Source: Syntrophaceae bacterium UBA2192 (GTDB lineage: Bacteria > Desulfobacterota > Syntrophia > Syntrophales > UBA2192). Taken from it: a DNA stretch of 64,000 nt. Made by a program: the position numbers and the translations under genes. Where the stretch lies: the NCBI GenBank assembly GCA_002327315.1, contig DCVI01000150.1:2114-66113 (forward strand). The letters run 5' to 3'. The notes beneath the pieces are model-generated. The model did no database searches. It was not told the origin of the DNA and saw nothing but the letters and a program-made list of their open reading frames with translations. Every line of letters begins with the position of its first letter. Position 1 is the first letter of the stretch. Below, piece by piece: positions 62,732 to 64,000 of the stretch.

Positions 62732-64000
62732 AGACTGTGTCACAACAGCCAGGAGGGAACCGGGGGTCGGTTGTTTAAGCGTTCTTTGACAACAAAATAT
62801 CCGTAACGTCTATCCGCGAACTGCCCGGCGGGCAGGTAAGGATGGTTCAGGGCCCTTCGGCGAGTGCCGTTGAGTCTTATGCCGGGGTGAAGCAGGGTCT
62901 TCCGAGGACCCGGAGCTTCTCGATGAGCCCGTTGACCCCCAGGATCCCGATCAGGCGCGCCACATTGAAGCAACTGGCCAGCACCGAGATCTCGGCTCGC
63001 GCCCCCTCGAGTTCCCGCAGCAGGAAGGCATCGACCTTGAGGTTGCGTTTGATGTGCCCGAAGGGATGCTCCGCCCGGGTTTTTCGCCTCTCGTAGACGG
63101 CCTGGGAGGCGGCCTCCTCGTACTGGGCCTCCAGCTTGAGCTTGACCTCTTCGTTGGACAGCCGGATGATCTTGCGCCCCTTGCGCGCCTTGGTGCAGGT
63201 TCCGTAGTGCCGGCACCTCTGGCAGATCGTCCCGTTGGCGATCACGTAGTGCCGCTTGCCCGTGCGCTTCTCCGTCGTTTCGTAGCGAAGCCGATGACCT
63301 TCGGGGCAGAGGTAGACATCGAGCTCGGGGTCGTAGGTAAAATGACTCTTGCTGAAGGGCCCCTCGGGCTCCTTCAGGGCCTGCCGCTGCGAGGGGACGA
63401 TCACCCGGATGCCCTGGTTGTCGATCTTCTCGAGTTCCGTCGTGTCGGCATAGCCGGCATCGGCGCAGGCCGTCTCGCAGGGGGTCCGCAGTAGGGCATT
63501 GGCCGCTTCGATCTGCCGGGCGAACTGGTTGACATCGCTGACCTGCTCGACCGCGTCGGCCTGCAGCAGAAGCCCCTGCTTGTCATCCACCACCAACTGT
63601 ACGTTGTAGGCCGCGTGGCTGCCCTGGACGCTCTTCATGAGGGCACAGTCCGGATCGGTCTGGTTGACGTACCTGCGGGTGCTTCCCTCGAAGCCCCGCA
63701 GGGCCCCCTGGACCCGGTCCTTGAGCGTGCGGCTCCGGGTCAGCTCCTTCTGCATCCGCACCCAGGAGCCCTGCTGCTGCTCCCGGCGGTCGATGGCCTC
63801 GCAGTCCTTCAGCAACTGCTCGATGCGCCGATCCGGATCGGCCAGCTTCTTCTCGTACCAGGCCCGCTCATGGCTGCGGTACCGCGAGGCGTTGGCCCGG
63901 ATCTTCGTGCCGTCCACAAACAGCACGTTGCCCGCGATCAGGTCCAGCCGGATGCAGAGCCGGGCGCAGTGCCGAAGCACCTGCTTGAGGGCCGGCTTGT
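62732..64000 (-). mobile_element. IS1182/IS5-type insertion sequence (one end only; it continues past the window)
   Basis: A family-B palindrome is truncated at 62731/62732 (TCCCTCTCCCTTGAG|agactgtg versus the intact CCCTTGAGGGGAGAGGG). The transposase gene follows. Confidence 0.6.
62877..64000 (-). CDS. IS1182-family DDE transposase (N-terminus outside the window)
   Basis: FVDGTKIRANAS, DAGYADT and the Cys-rich YLCPEGH...CQRC...C segment, plus C-terminal RKTRAEHPFGHIK. The frame is still open at 64000. Confidence 0.85.
   Translation of the reverse strand, partial: KPALKQVLRHCARLCIRLDLIAGNVLFVDGTKIRANASRYRSHERAWYEKKLADPDRRIEQLLKDCEAIDRREQQQGSWVRMQKELTRSRTLKDRVQGALRGFEGSTRRYVNQTDPDCALMKSVQGSHAAYNVQLVVDDKQGLLLQADAVEQVSDVNQFARQIEAANALLRTPCETACADAGYADTTELEKIDNQGIRVIVPSQRQALKEPEGPFSKSHFTYDPELDVYLCPEGHRLRYETTEKRTGKRHYVIANGTICQRCRHYGTCTKARKGRKIIRLSNEEVKLKLEAQYEEAASQAVYERRKTRAEHPFGHIKRNLKVDAFLLRELEGARAEISVLASCFNVARLIGILGVNGLIEKLRVLGRPCFTPA

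Noticed and set aside
1-64000. Search for tRNA, rRNA, tmRNA and integrase/att sites that could explain the island
   Set aside because: I found no T-loop/acceptor-like sequences (GGTTCGAATCC-type) outside coding regions, no rRNA-like segments, no tyrosine or serine recombinase motifs, and no direct repeats flanking 2650-12660 other than the TAATGTCA-type motifs already reported.

Overview
64 kb of a GC-rich chromosome (about 60% GC by eye). The gene content suggests an anaerobic Desulfobacterota/Syntrophia-like bacterium: 2-oxoacid:ferredoxin oxidoreductase, sigma-54 two-component systems and many Fe-S proteins. That taxonomic guess is inference only. I can support about 60 protein-coding genes. 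They include a Liv-type ABC transporter operon, archease-RtcB, MutY, a MutT-like Nudix hydrolase, a class II photolyase, KorAB, and a YcbB-type L,D-transpeptidase next to a DUF882 peptidase. I saw no rRNA, tRNA or CRISPR. Four things stand out. (1) An AT-rich island of about 10 kb (about 2.65-12.65 kb) is bracketed by TAATGTCA-type repeats. It carries a HEPN-like/RHH pair, a Dam-like/DpnII-like RM pair, a SEFIR(TIR-like)+CoiA-like nuclease pair, and an HTH-ParA cassette with three uncharacterised genes. The SEFIR-CoiA pair and the ParA cassette are my best candidates for undescribed defence systems. (2) Four genes carry an in-frame UGA exactly at a conserved redox or metal-binding Cys position, each followed by a hairpin: a glutaredoxin-like protein, a DUF523/TudS-DUF1722 protein, an exported PrxQ/Bcp peroxiredoxin, and an exported HMA-like protein. 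The ORF track splits the first three and misses the fourth. (3) A 955-aa fusion combines TM helices, a sigma-54 AAA+ domain with a non-canonical Walker B, an intact double-motif MshEN domain, and a GspE-like ATPase lacking a canonical His box. It has no DNA-binding domain. (4) The intergenic space is saturated with several families of palindromic, MITE-like repeats and long purine/pyrimidine hairpins. An IS1182-type element appears to be inserted into one of them. All calls come from motif recognition by eye. No searches or computations were run.
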